Origin: a candidate division WOR-3 bacterium
GTDB taxonomy: Bacteria > Hydrothermota > Tepidihabitantia > Tepidihabitantales > Tepidihabitantaceae
Direction: 5' to 3'
NCBI GenBank assembly: GCA_965649225.1
Contig: CBFGJX010000007.1
Location: 32,001-96,000 of the forward strand
DNA: 64,000 bases
Positions 48,785-57,113 of this stretch are shown piece by piece; the first letter of the stretch is position 1; each line of letters begins with the position of its first letter. A program made the translations under genes and the position numbers. Below the pieces are notes generated by a model that was not told the DNA's origin, did no database searches, and saw nothing but the letters and a program-made list of their open reading frames with translations.

Positions 48785-49407
48785 CAGTTACTCCTTCTGG
48801 TTCTGGCAGCTGGGCGGGATGCGGGCTGCAGCAGGCCTGAGAAGATGATATCGAGCGCCGCGTCGGCGGCTGCCCGGGCCTGGCTGCGGCGGCGGGCCGC
48901 CAGTATCGTGCTGCGAAAAGCCTGCAGATAGAGCAAAGCGGCGAGCCGGGTGTTGGTAGGGCGGAACTCGCCCGATTTGATGCCGGATTCGATCAGCGCG
49001 GCGATGTCCAGTATCAGCTGTTGCATTCTGGGCAGAACCGCGGAATGCAGCCGGTGCAGGGCGGGTCCGGCCAGCCGCAGGTTTTCGATGGAAATCAGTG
49101 CCAGCACGCCGGGCTGAGCGAGGACGCCGTCGGCCCACGCCTCGAAGACGAACCGGAGGCGCTCGGCGGCCGAAATCGGTTGACCGGTAACGTCGCGGAC
49201 GATTGCAGCCGCCTGTTCCATCAGCCAGCCCAGCAGTCCGGCATAAATGTCCGGCTTGTCGCGGAAGTAAAGGTAGATGGTGCCTTTGGCGACGCCGGCG
49301 GCACGGGCGATGTCGTCAACTTTTGCTTCGTAGTAGCCGCGACGGCTGATGACCTCAAAGGCAGCTTTGAGGATTGCCTCACGTTTGTTTTCGCTGCGTT
49401 GCTTCAA
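48784..49407 (-). CDS. TetR/AcrR family transcriptional regulator
   Basis: ILKAA...GY....DDIARAAGVAKGTIYLYF.DK. Confidence 0.95.
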   Translation of the reverse strand: MKQRSENKREAILKAAFEVISRRGYYEAKVDDIARAAGVAKGTIYLYFRDKPDIYAGLLGWLMEQAAAIVRDVTGQPISAAERLRFVFEAWADGVLAQPGVLALISIENLRLAGPALHRLHSAVLPRMQQLILDIAALIESGIKSGEFRPTNTRLAALLYLQAFRSTILAARRRSQARAAADAALDIIFSGLLQPASRPAARTRRSN

Positions 49408-49421
49408 AGTTACTTTACTGA

Positions 49422-49464
49422 ACTGACCGGTCAGTCATTATAGTCGGTCGCCGTCAGCGGTCAA
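49422..49464 (-). promoter_or_regulatory. Promoter plus TetR-type operator
   Basis: TTGACC-N16-TATAAT (49464-49437), followed by the perfect palindrome ACTGACCGGTCAGT (49422-49435). Confidence 0.82.
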
Positions 49465-49485
49465 GAAGTCAGGTGACAGCCGGCA

Positions 49486-50328
49486 TCAGTATTCAGCCGG
49501 GAGGTCGAGCAGCTGGCGCCAGGAAAACACCGGTCCGTCGCGGCAGACGTATTTTGGTCCGATGTTGCAATGGCCGCACTTGCCGATGCCGCACTTCATC
49601 CGGTTTTCCAGTGACAGAAAGACATTGTCCGGTGTAAAGCCGAGATTTTCCAGTACCGGTTGAGTGAACCTGATCATTACCGGCGGGCCGCAGACCAGTG
49701 CGATGGCGTTGCTGGCAGCCGGCGCGACTTCCTTGAGCACGTTGGGGACGAGTCCTTCGCTGCGGGGCCAGGCGGCGCCGTCGAGGCGGTCGACGCAGAG
49801 GTGCAGGTCGATGTCGGAACGCGTCTCCCAGGCGTGCAGCTCGTCCTTGTAGAGCAGCTCGCCCGGGGAACGGGCGCCGTAGACGCAGGTGATGCGGCCG
49901 AAGTCACTGCGGCGCGAGGAATCGAGCAGCCAGACGATAGTCGAGCGCAGAGTGGTGAACGAAAACCCGCCCGAAACGATGACCACGTCGTGGCCGCGCA
50001 TCAGCTCGAGTGGATAGGTGTTGCCGTAGGGGCCGCGCATACCGACCTCGGCGCCGGCGGCAAGTTCGTGCAGAGCGGTCGTGAAGGTGCCGACGCGCTT
50101 GACCGTGTAGCGAATGAAGGATTCCGCTGGCGCCGAAGCAATGCCAAAGGGTGCTTCGCCAACGCCGGGCAGCGACAGGAAGCCAAACTGGCCGGGTAGA
50201 AAGCGGAATCCTTCGGCGTCAGCGGTGTGCCGGAAGACAAGGTCGAAAGTCTTCAGGTCGCGGGCGGTGTTCTCGACCGTGACCTTTTCGATCCGCATTG
50301 GAATTGTCAGATAGGGATTCTTGTTCAT
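49486..50328 (-). CDS. FAD/NAD(P)-binding 2Fe-2S subunit (FlxA/AsrB-like)
   Basis: PGQF, GEAP, GMRGPYGN, YGARSP, VCGPP.M, LE.RMKCGIGKCGHC...C.DGPVF. Confidence 0.92.
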   Translation of the reverse strand: MNKNPYLTIPMRIEKVTVENTARDLKTFDLVFRHTADAEGFRFLPGQFGFLSLPGVGEAPFGIASAPAESFIRYTVKRVGTFTTALHELAAGAEVGMRGPYGNTYPLELMRGHDVVIVSGGFSFTTLRSTIVWLLDSSRRSDFGRITCVYGARSPGELLYKDELHAWETRSDIDLHLCVDRLDGAAWPRSEGLVPNVLKEVAPAASNAIALVCGPPVMIRFTQPVLENLGFTPDNVFLSLENRMKCGIGKCGHCNIGPKYVCRDGPVFSWRQLLDLPAEY

Positions 50329-51347
50329 TTTTCGGTCAGCGCGCGCTCGATGGCCTCGATTGTGTTGCGGATGTCAATTGCCGAAGGGCACTCAACGATA
50401 CAACGGCCGCAACCGACGCAGGATACCATGTTGACGGTGTCGACGGTGTATTTGAACTTGTCCAGGATTCGGTTGCGCCAGCGCGACGGGCGGGAACCGC
50501 GGGGGTTATGACCTGAGGCATGCTGGCTGTAGAGGCAAAACTGGCAGGAGTCCCAGACGCGGACGCGTGCGATTCGACGGTGGGTGTCCTCGTCGGTAAT
50601 GTCGAAGCAGTGGCAGGTCGGGCAAAGGAAGGTGCAGACACCGCAGTTGACGCACGAATCCATCACCATTTCCCAGACCGGCGCGTCAAATCCCCGGTCA
50701 AGCAGCTGCTTCAGTCGGGCAGTGTCGGTGGCCCAGGAGATTTTCGAGTCGGCGATGGCAGCCAGCTCCCGTGCCCGGCCGAGGTCTTCAGGGCCGGCCT
50801 CAGGGTAACGCTCGACGAGTTTCTGCCCCCGGGGCGTGACCGGGCGGGCGAGAAAGCGGTCGCCGAGGTCGACAAGCAGCAGGTCAAGGCCGCGCGTGCC
50901 CGAAGGCGAGCCGCCGACTCCGGCACAGAAACAGGTGTCGGCCGGTTCGTTGCAGGCGAGCCCGACCACGGTTGCGGCAGCCCGACGGCGGCGGTAGTAC
51001 GGGTCCGGGGCTGCCGGGTCATCAAAGATTTTGTCAAGCACTGTCAGGGCGTGAGCGTCACAGGGCCGGACGCCAAAAACGACCAGTTCGGGCTGGTTGG
51101 CTGGATTCGCTTCGGCTTCGCCGGCAGCGTTGAACCGCAGCAGCACTTCGCATTGGGGAAAGAACAGGCTTTTGACCGGCTGCTTGGTGTTGATGCGGCT
51201 GGTGTCAATCTCGGTCGATGATTTTACGCGGCGAAACTCGGTCCACTGTTTCTTTGAGTGCTTCGCCGGGGCGTAGAGCGCGGTCGCGGCGGCCAGTTCG
51301 TCAAGCAGCCGGTCCAGCTCGGTCCGGGTAATGATGCGTTCCGTCAC
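50325..51347 (-). CDS. 4Fe-4S subunit (FlxB/AsrA-like)
   Basis: GVRPCD, C...TCFC, CVNCGVCTFLCPTCHCFD, WDSC, CVGCGRCIVECP. Confidence 0.9.
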   Translation of the reverse strand: MTERIITRTELDRLLDELAAATALYAPAKHSKKQWTEFRRVKSSTEIDTSRINTKQPVKSLFFPQCEVLLRFNAAGEAEANPANQPELVVFGVRPCDAHALTVLDKIFDDPAAPDPYYRRRRAAATVVGLACNEPADTCFCAGVGGSPSGTRGLDLLLVDLGDRFLARPVTPRGQKLVERYPEAGPEDLGRARELAAIADSKISWATDTARLKQLLDRGFDAPVWEMVMDSCVNCGVCTFLCPTCHCFDITDEDTHRRIARVRVWDSCQFCLYSQHASGHNPRGSRPSRWRNRILDKFKYTVDTVNMVSCVGCGRCIVECPSAIDIRNTIEAIERALTEK

Positions 51348-52171
51348 CGGATAAACTCCTGACGGTCATTGGGGTCGAATGTGGCAAGGGGCGGCGGCTC
51401 GTCCGATTTCATCCCGGCGGTGTGGCCGAAACGCTCGCGGACAATCTGCGCCGCCTTGCGGTTGAGCTTCATCAGGTCGACGCCCATCGGGCAGGCCCGC
51501 GCGCAGGACCCGCACTCGACGCAGCGGCCGGCCATGTGCAGGGCGCGCATCAGGTGGAACACCGCGTTGTCGGAAAGCTCGGTGGTTCTGCCCAGCCAGG
51601 CCGGGCGGCCGGTGTCGACAAAGCAGACCGGGCAGTAGCAGTTGGGGCAGACCTGGCGGCAGGCATAGCAGCGGATGCAGCGCGCCGCCTCTTCGGCAAA
51701 CTGCTGCCAGCGCGTGTCCGGGTCGGCTGGCTCTGCGGGCGGCGCGGCCGGCTCAGGCGTGAAGTGGTCGCCGATGAACTCGTCATACTCGACCGCGTCG
51801 CGCTGGATGCAGGCGCAGCAGGCCTCGTCCAGTTCGCCGCTCGCGCGCACGCCGGCGCAGCCGACTCCGATGATGTGCAGGCTTGAGCGGTCAAGCTGGT
51901 GTTCCTTGACCAGCGAGACAATCGAGCGCGAGTCGCAGCCTTTGGCGATAACCGCAATGCGGCCCTTGTGCTTGAGTCCGATGAGGTAGTTGGCGAGGTT
52001 CTGGCCGCAGCGTTCGTCGAAGATGAGGCTTTCGCAGTCCTCGGGTGAGGTTATAAACGCGGGCTGGGCACGGCCCGGCCTGGTTGCGGCACGGTACCCG
52101 ACCACGACCGCGACCCTGCCTTCGGCCAGCAGTTCCTTCGCGCGCCGGCGCAGTTCGGCATCGCGGCTCAC
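51344..52171 (-). CDS. 4Fe-4S subunit (FlxC-like)
   Basis: AKGCDSR, IGVGC, CIRCYACRQVCPNCYC..C, AGRCVECGSCARACP. Confidence 0.9.
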   Translation of the reverse strand: MSRDAELRRRAKELLAEGRVAVVVGYRAATRPGRAQPAFITSPEDCESLIFDERCGQNLANYLIGLKHKGRIAVIAKGCDSRSIVSLVKEHQLDRSSLHIIGVGCAGVRASGELDEACCACIQRDAVEYDEFIGDHFTPEPAAPPAEPADPDTRWQQFAEEAARCIRCYACRQVCPNCYCPVCFVDTGRPAWLGRTTELSDNAVFHLMRALHMAGRCVECGSCARACPMGVDLMKLNRKAAQIVRERFGHTAGMKSDEPPPLATFDPNDRQEFIR

Positions 52172-52614
52172 AGCGGCTCCTTGACCAGCTTGCGGTTGGG
52201 TCCGAGCGAGCGCACCTTGTCCGTCACCTCACGCACCACTGCGGCGAAGCGTTCGCCCTCGGCGGCCGACACCCAGGAGAAGCTTACCCGGCCCGGCTCA
52301 ATGCCGGCCATCTCCAGCAGGTCGTTGAGAACCGCAAACCGGCGGCGGGCGACGTAGTTACCAGTCAGATAGTGACAGTCGCCGGGATGGCAGCCCGACA
52401 CCAGCACGCCGTCGGCCCCGTTCTGCAGGGCCTTGAGGATGAAGAACGGGTCAACCCGGCCCGAGCAGGGCACGCGCACCACACGGATTGAGGGCGGATA
52501 CTGGATGCGCGAGATACCGGCAAGGTCGGCTCCGGCATAGGAGCACCAGTTGCACAGGAACGCGACAATGCGCGGCTGGAAGTCGCCCTGGTTCGGGTTT
52601 GCCGTGTCGGTCAT
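52168..52614 (-). CDS. MvhD/FlxD-like 2Fe-2S subunit
   Basis: IVAFLCNWCSYAGAD, RVPCSGRV, GADGV.V.GCHPGDCHY..GN, WVSAAEG; start at ATG 52614. Confidence 0.93.
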   Translation of the reverse strand: MTDTANPNQGDFQPRIVAFLCNWCSYAGADLAGISRIQYPPSIRVVRVPCSGRVDPFFILKALQNGADGVLVSGCHPGDCHYLTGNYVARRRFAVLNDLLEMAGIEPGRVSFSWVSAAEGERFAAVVREVTDKVRSLGPNRKLVKEPL

Positions 52615-52630
52615 CGTGGAGTGAAGAGGC

Positions 52631-52659
52631 ATTATAGGATAGCGGTGCGCAGTTGTAAA
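52631..52659 (-). promoter_or_regulatory. sigma70-like promoter of the flx-like operon
   Basis: TTTACA-N17-TATAAT. Confidence 0.65.
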
Positions 52660-52988
52660 GCGGCGGCAGTGCGTAACTCCGTTGTGCTTGCCGATGGCTT
52701 CCGGCCGTGCCGGGCGATGGGCAGCGGGTTGTGGTGGTGTGCGGGCCGGTGGAGGCAAGGGTGGGAGACCGGCAGGATGCTGCGGCAGTTGTCGGCGGAG
52801 CCGGACCTGGGGTGGGACCGCGTGCGGCGCGGCGGCCCGGGCTTGGCGTCGTTGTGGTTGCTGGAGAGCGTGTCGGGAGAGGAGTCGGGGCGACGCAGGC
52901 GGCACGGGGAACGGGGGAGTCGGCAAAGAGCGTAGCCCGGAATGGCCGACAATGCTCTCAGTGGTGAGCACTTGCCCGACAAGGCGGT

Positions 52989-53018
52989 TTGACCGCCACT
53001 ATAACCATGGTTATAGTG
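52989..53018 (+). promoter_or_regulatory. Promoter overlapped by a perfect 22-bp palindrome (probable XRE operator)
   Basis: TTGACC-N17-TATAGT; palindrome CACTATAACCATGGTTATAGTG (52997-53018). Confidence 0.8.
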
Positions 53019-53027
53019 AGCCTGCAG

Positions 53028-53723
53028 ATGGCCAGATATGAAACATTCAGATTCGACGCGGCACTGGGAGCGCGTCTGCGCAGCCTGCGCGAGAGGGCGG
53101 GTCTGACCCAGCTTGGGCTGGCTGTGGCAATGGGCCGGCAGAGCAAGGGCTGGCACGTCTGGGTCAGCCGGCTGGAGCGGGGAAAGTATCCGAATCCTTC
53201 GCTGGCGATGGTGGCCGATTACCTGCGGGCTTGCCGGGCGACGTTTGCAGAAATCGCGGACCTGCTCGACCGTTACACAACTCTGCCCATTGAGCCCGAA
53301 GCGCAGGCGCGGGCGGCAGTCCGCGCCGCCGTGGCCGGCCAGGCGCCGGCTGACCAGATGGCAGCAATCAGGTACGATGTGAAGACCGCCCAGGCCCGGG
53401 AGTGCCGGGGCCTGGAACCTGAGCCGGCCGAAAAGCGCGTGGCGCGAGTGCTGCGTCAGCGGCAACGCGAAGAAGAAGCGCGGCAGTTGCGGCGGCTGGT
53501 GATTGAGGTCATCGACCGCGAAGGACTCGCACCCGGCCCTTTGAATGAACAGCATCTGCAAAGGTACGCGGCGAGGCTGGGGCGGGTTCTGCGCCGGGCA
53601 GCGCCGCCGGAGCGTGCGGTCGCGGCGCAGGCCGAGCTGGAGAGATTCCTTCAGTCCAGCGGTTTGCCGCCCGAGCTGGTCAGGCCCATTCACGAAGCGG
53701 TGATGGCCTCGGCCCGCGACTGA
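53028..53723 (+). CDS. XRE-family HTH transcriptional regulator
   Basis: LGARLRSLRERAGLTQ..LA..MG...VSRLERGK..NPSL; ATG 53028 lies 10 nt after the -10 box. Confidence 0.87.
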   Translation: MARYETFRFDAALGARLRSLRERAGLTQLGLAVAMGRQSKGWHVWVSRLERGKYPNPSLAMVADYLRACRATFAEIADLLDRYTTLPIEPEAQARAAVRAAVAGQAPADQMAAIRYDVKTAQARECRGLEPEPAEKRVARVLRQRQREEEARQLRRLVIEVIDREGLAPGPLNEQHLQRYAARLGRVLRRAAPPERAVAAQAELERFLQSSGLPPELVRPIHEAVMASARD

Positions 53724-53799
53724 CCGTCCACCGCGCGGCGGTCAGCGAAGTGGCTGCACTGGCTGTTGCCGACGGCCGCGGGCTGTCAGGGGTGGGCGG

Positions 53800-54690
53800 C
53801 TAGTTGATGCGGAACTCGACCTTGGAGAACTTGGGCTGGAGCCCGGGGATGAAGCGTGGGGCGACCTTGAACGCACCCTGAGGCATTACGACGCGGGCGC
53901 TGATTTCTTCGTAGATTCGGCGACAGCGGTCATTTGACAGTTTTTCGTCCTGAGAATAGACGTAGGCCACGACTTCTTTGCGTTTCTTTTCCTTGATGAT
54001 GTTGGCAGCTTCGTCCAGCCGGGCAACGGCGTCTTCAATCAGCAGGGCAGAACCTTCGCGAAAGAGCTGGTCAGCGGCAATCGCGACCACCCACTCGTCA
54101 CCTGACCGGTAACTGATGGCATCGATTCGTTGTGGTGTTCCCGGAATGCGGGTCTGGTTGCCCTGCGCATCGTAGGCGTTGAATGTGAAACTGAAAACTT
54201 CACCGACGGTGATTGCCTCGCCGTTGTCGGTCATGCCGTTCCAGGTGATTACCCGTGGCGGCTGGCCTTTGCCGCCGACACGGCGGACGGTCTCGCCGTT
54301 GCTGTTGGCGATGACCAGTTCCCAGGTGGCGACCCGGGTTTCGAAGGCGGGCATGAATACCATGATGTCGCCGTAGATGAAACCGGGCTGAACCGGGACC
54401 CGCAGGTAAGAAGAGCGAATCGACTGCTGTGGAATGGTCAGAGAGTCAAGGGAACGCCAGAGGGCCTCATCGAGGATGTAGTTGTCGGGCGCCAGCATTG
54501 AACTGATTGGCGAGAAGGGGTCGAGTTGAGGCGGAAACCAGGGTTTCGGGTCGATGATTTTGACCTCGGCCTCGCCAGTAATCACTTCTTCGCCAAGTTC
54601 GTGGGCCGATGGCGGCCGGTTGCCGGTAGATTCGGCAGCGGGTCCGGGCTGGAGTGTCAGGACAAGCAGCACGAGAGCGCTGTTGATCAT
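53800..54690 (-). CDS. Exported protein with FlgD-Ig-like domain and degenerate OmpA-C-like domain
   Basis: ATGA overlap with tonB stop; signal peptide; WELVI.NSNGE.VR...ITWNG..DNG; LF..GSA.L...A...LDEAA. Confidence 0.75.
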   Translation of the reverse strand: MINSALVLLVLTLQPGPAAESTGNRPPSAHELGEEVITGEAEVKIIDPKPWFPPQLDPFSPISSMLAPDNYILDEALWRSLDSLTIPQQSIRSSYLRVPVQPGFIYGDIMVFMPAFETRVATWELVIANSNGETVRRVGGKGQPPRVITWNGMTDNGEAITVGEVFSFTFNAYDAQGNQTRIPGTPQRIDAISYRSGDEWVVAIAADQLFREGSALLIEDAVARLDEAANIIKEKKRKEVVAYVYSQDEKLSNDRCRRIYEEISARVVMPQGAFKVAPRFIPGLQPKFSKVEFRIN

Positions 54691-55589
54691 GAGAGCTGGA
54701 AGCGGAAGGTTATCACTCCCCACTGGTCTTCAATCTTCACGCCCGGGGCAAGCGGGGCAAACTCCCAGTTGCGCAAGGCATCGACAACGACCTGGTCAAG
54801 GTCGGGATAACCGGAGGAGCTTTCAATCTGCGGTACGCCCTTTACCCGGCCGTCTGGTTGTACCCAGAGCCTGACAACAACAGTGCCGGAAACTCGGCGG
54901 TCGAGTGCCCATTTGGGATAACGGGGTACGACGCGCCGCTTGATTTCCCGTTCAGAAATCGGCCCGGCAATCATGAACTGGTTCGCCTTGGGCGCCGCAG
55001 CGACGGCGGGCAGCTCGGCAGTGGGCTGGGCGGGCAGTTTCTGAGCTGCCGGTTTGGCGAGACTGCGCCGCTCGATTGTCAACTGGGGCTGCTGTTGCGG
55101 GACGCCGGGATAGCCTTGAAGGCCGGGTACACCTTTGCCGCCGGTTGAGAGGCCGCGAGCGAGGGCGACCTTGGGCTGAGCGAGTATCTCGTCGGTTGAT
55201 TTCGTCGAGGCAGAGCCGCCCAGTTTGATTGTCGCCATGCCTTCGCCACGGTCGAGTTCGTAGCGGTCGAGGTCAATCCTGGCTTGGGATTTGTCGCGTT
55301 CGAGCGTGGCGCCGAGATCGATTGCCGGCGTTTCGACCGGTGCACTGCCGGGCGAGTACACCGGAGCCGGCGCATTCTCGGCAGTGCCACCACCACCGGG
55401 CAGCGCGGCTTTGGGCAGAACCCGGGCGACCTCAGGGCGGTAGGTTATGTCCATGAAGCTGACTTCCTGCATTTCGGCACAGTCGGTAGTGTTTGGGCGG
55501 GTCTGCGAGAGCAGTAACAGCAGGGCGACATGTACGACAGCCGATACGGCAAGGGCAATTTCGAAGGACCGCGACCGACGGGTGGTCAT
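54687..55589 (-). CDS. tonB: Energy transducer TonB family protein
   Basis: N-terminal TM with SxxxH (SAVVH), Pro/Ala-rich linker, PRYP..A....SG.VVV...V.PDG.V...SSG...LD...W.F.P. Confidence 0.9.
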   Translation of the reverse strand: MTTRRSRSFEIALAVSAVVHVALLLLLSQTRPNTTDCAEMQEVSFMDITYRPEVARVLPKAALPGGGGTAENAPAPVYSPGSAPVETPAIDLGATLERDKSQARIDLDRYELDRGEGMATIKLGGSASTKSTDEILAQPKVALARGLSTGGKGVPGLQGYPGVPQQQPQLTIERRSLAKPAAQKLPAQPTAELPAVAAAPKANQFMIAGPISEREIKRRVVPRYPKWALDRRVSGTVVVRLWVQPDGRVKGVPQIESSSGYPDLDQVVVDALRNWEFAPLAPGVKIEDQWGVITFRFQLS

Positions 55590-55590
55590 G

Positions 55591-55986
55591 CTAGCCCTCC
55601 TTCAGCCGCTTGGTGGCGCAGGCAATTCGCTGTGCGCCGGCCCGGCGGGCTGTTGCCAGGACGTCCAGAACCCGTTCGTGGAGGCAGTCCTTGTCAGCAC
55701 GGATGACCACCAGCACGTAGGGGTCACGGCTGACTGCGGCACGCAGTGCCTCTTCGAGCTGGTTGAAGTCGGCAACCGGTCGGTCATCGAGAAAGAGGTA
55801 GCCCTCAGTGTTGAGGGTAATCGATAGGTCGTTTTCAGTTTTGCGCTCGGCGGTGTGGGTCTGAGGTAGGACCACCGGGGTGTTGTTGCGCGTGACTACC
55901 ATCGGGGCCACTACCATCATCACCAGAACCAGTATCAGACCGACCGCAGCCATCGGCAGAATATCAATGTTGGCGTTGGTTCTCAT
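55591..55986 (-). CDS. exbD: ExbD/TolR family protein (TM Asp absent)
   Basis: Single TM, V.LP, VVIRADK, VL...RRAGA. Confidence 0.85.
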   Translation of the reverse strand: MRTNANIDILPMAAVGLILVLVMMVVAPMVVTRNNTPVVLPQTHTAERKTENDLSITLNTEGYLFLDDRPVADFNQLEEALRAAVSRDPYVLVVIRADKDCLHERVLDVLATARRAGAQRIACATKRLKEG

Positions 55987-56396
55987 CTGGCCCTCCGTTT
56001 GCGCAACAGCGCCAGGTCGGCCGCACCGGACTGTTTGGCGAGGTCCAGGACCGCCATCACTCGTTCGTACCGGACGTTTTCATCGGTGGAAACGATCACC
56101 CGCCGCTCGACGCTGCGTTCGAGCAGACGCGGCAGCAGCTCCCGCAGCTGGTCAAATGTCACTGCCGATTCGTTGAGCAGAATGGTGTTTGCATCGGTGA
56201 GGTGGACATTGGCTTTGATGTCCGAGCCATCCTCGGCGGCGCCGGCCCGGGCCGCACCGGGGGCAGACACGAATATTCCGGTCTCGAAGAACAGCGGCAT
56301 CGCGACCATGAATCCTATGACCAGCGACAGGGCGATGTCAACCAGCGAGGTCAGGATCAGCTGGTCGTGGCGGACTTCGTGTCGGCGGCGTTTCAT
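55983..56396 (-). CDS. exbD: ExbD/TolR family protein
   Basis: LTSLVDIAL.LVI.FMV, D..V.Y..VM.VLD.AK.SG. Confidence 0.9.
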   Translation of the reverse strand: MKRRRHEVRHDQLILTSLVDIALSLVIGFMVAMPLFFETGIFVSAPGAARAGAAEDGSDIKANVHLTDANTILLNESAVTFDQLRELLPRLLERSVERRVIVSTDENVRYERVMAVLDLAKQSGAADLALLRKRRAR

Positions 56397-57113
56397 CTAG
56401 AACTTCCAGCTCGAGTCTTCGGCCGGTACGGGTTTGGGTTGGGGCGGTGGTGTTGCCGGAGTCGGGCTGCGGGGCGATTCAATCTTGCCGGCAGCCTGCA
56501 GCCGTGACAGCATCACGACCAGCCGTTCTGAGGCGCTTTCGAGCTGGACGGTCAGGTCGGCCGACTTTTTCGTGAAGTAGTTGTAGAAGAACAGCGTCGG
56601 GATACCGATGAGCAGTCCGAATGCGGTGGTGATCAGTGCTTCGGCGATGCCGGCCGAGACAACCGCCGGCCCGCCCGAGCCAGTCTGGGCAATGTTGTGG
56701 AATGCGCCGATGAGGCCGGTGACCGTACCGAGCAGGCCCAGCAGGGTCGCGGCGTTGGCCAGTGTGCCCATGCCGCCGAGCAGGCGTTCGAAGCGCAGTT
56801 TTTCTTCGAGAATCAGACTGTACAGCAGGTCGTCGAGCTCGTCAGCGGCCAGCCCAAGGTTCTCGAGCGCGACCGTGAACATCCGGCCGAGCGGGTTCTT
56901 CTGCGTTCGGGCCCAGTTCAGCGCGGCATCGGTGCCACCAGTCGTGAGCCGGCGCCGCAGCTCGGCCAGCCCGGCAGCGCCGTTGAAGCGGTTGCGCCAG
57001 AAGTACCAGAGCCGTTCGACAATCAGGGCCAGTGCCGTGATTGAAGCACCGAGCAGAAGGATCATTACGAAGCTGCCCTTGAAAACGTCGATCAGACTGC
57101 GACCCATTATCAT
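56397..57113 (-). CDS. exbB: MotA/TolQ/ExbB proton channel protein
   Basis: IVER, LLGLLGTVTGLI.AF, GIAEALITTAFGL.IGIP...YN. Confidence 0.93.
   Translation of the reverse strand: MIMGRSLIDVFKGSFVMILLLGASITALALIVERLWYFWRNRFNGAAGLAELRRRLTTGGTDAALNWARTQKNPLGRMFTVALENLGLAADELDDLLYSLILEEKLRFERLLGGMGTLANAATLLGLLGTVTGLIGAFHNIAQTGSGGPAVVSAGIAEALITTAFGLLIGIPTLFFYNYFTKKSADLTVQLESASERLVVMLSRLQAAGKIESPRSPTPATPPPQPKPVPAEDSSWKF

Noticed and set aside
49486..51347. Anaerobic sulfite reductase asrAB
   Set aside because: No siroheme AsrC gene; linkage to MvhD- and FlxC-like genes fits Flx better.
52615..52971. N-terminal extension of the MvhD-like ORF (likewise 62563-62805, 3740-3901, 24679-24795)
   Set aside because: The extensions are low-complexity or overlap promoters and neighbouring genes; downstream starts fit the family N-termini.
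53720..53745. Terminator after the XRE gene
   Set aside because: The 9-bp stem has no U-tract in a GC-rich context; support is insufficient.
54687..57113. Ordinary Tol-Pal operon with tolB at 21831
   Set aside because: No pal, two ExbD paralogues, a TonB-type YP C-terminal domain, and tolB lies over 30 kb away in another operon; functional sharing cannot be fully excluded.
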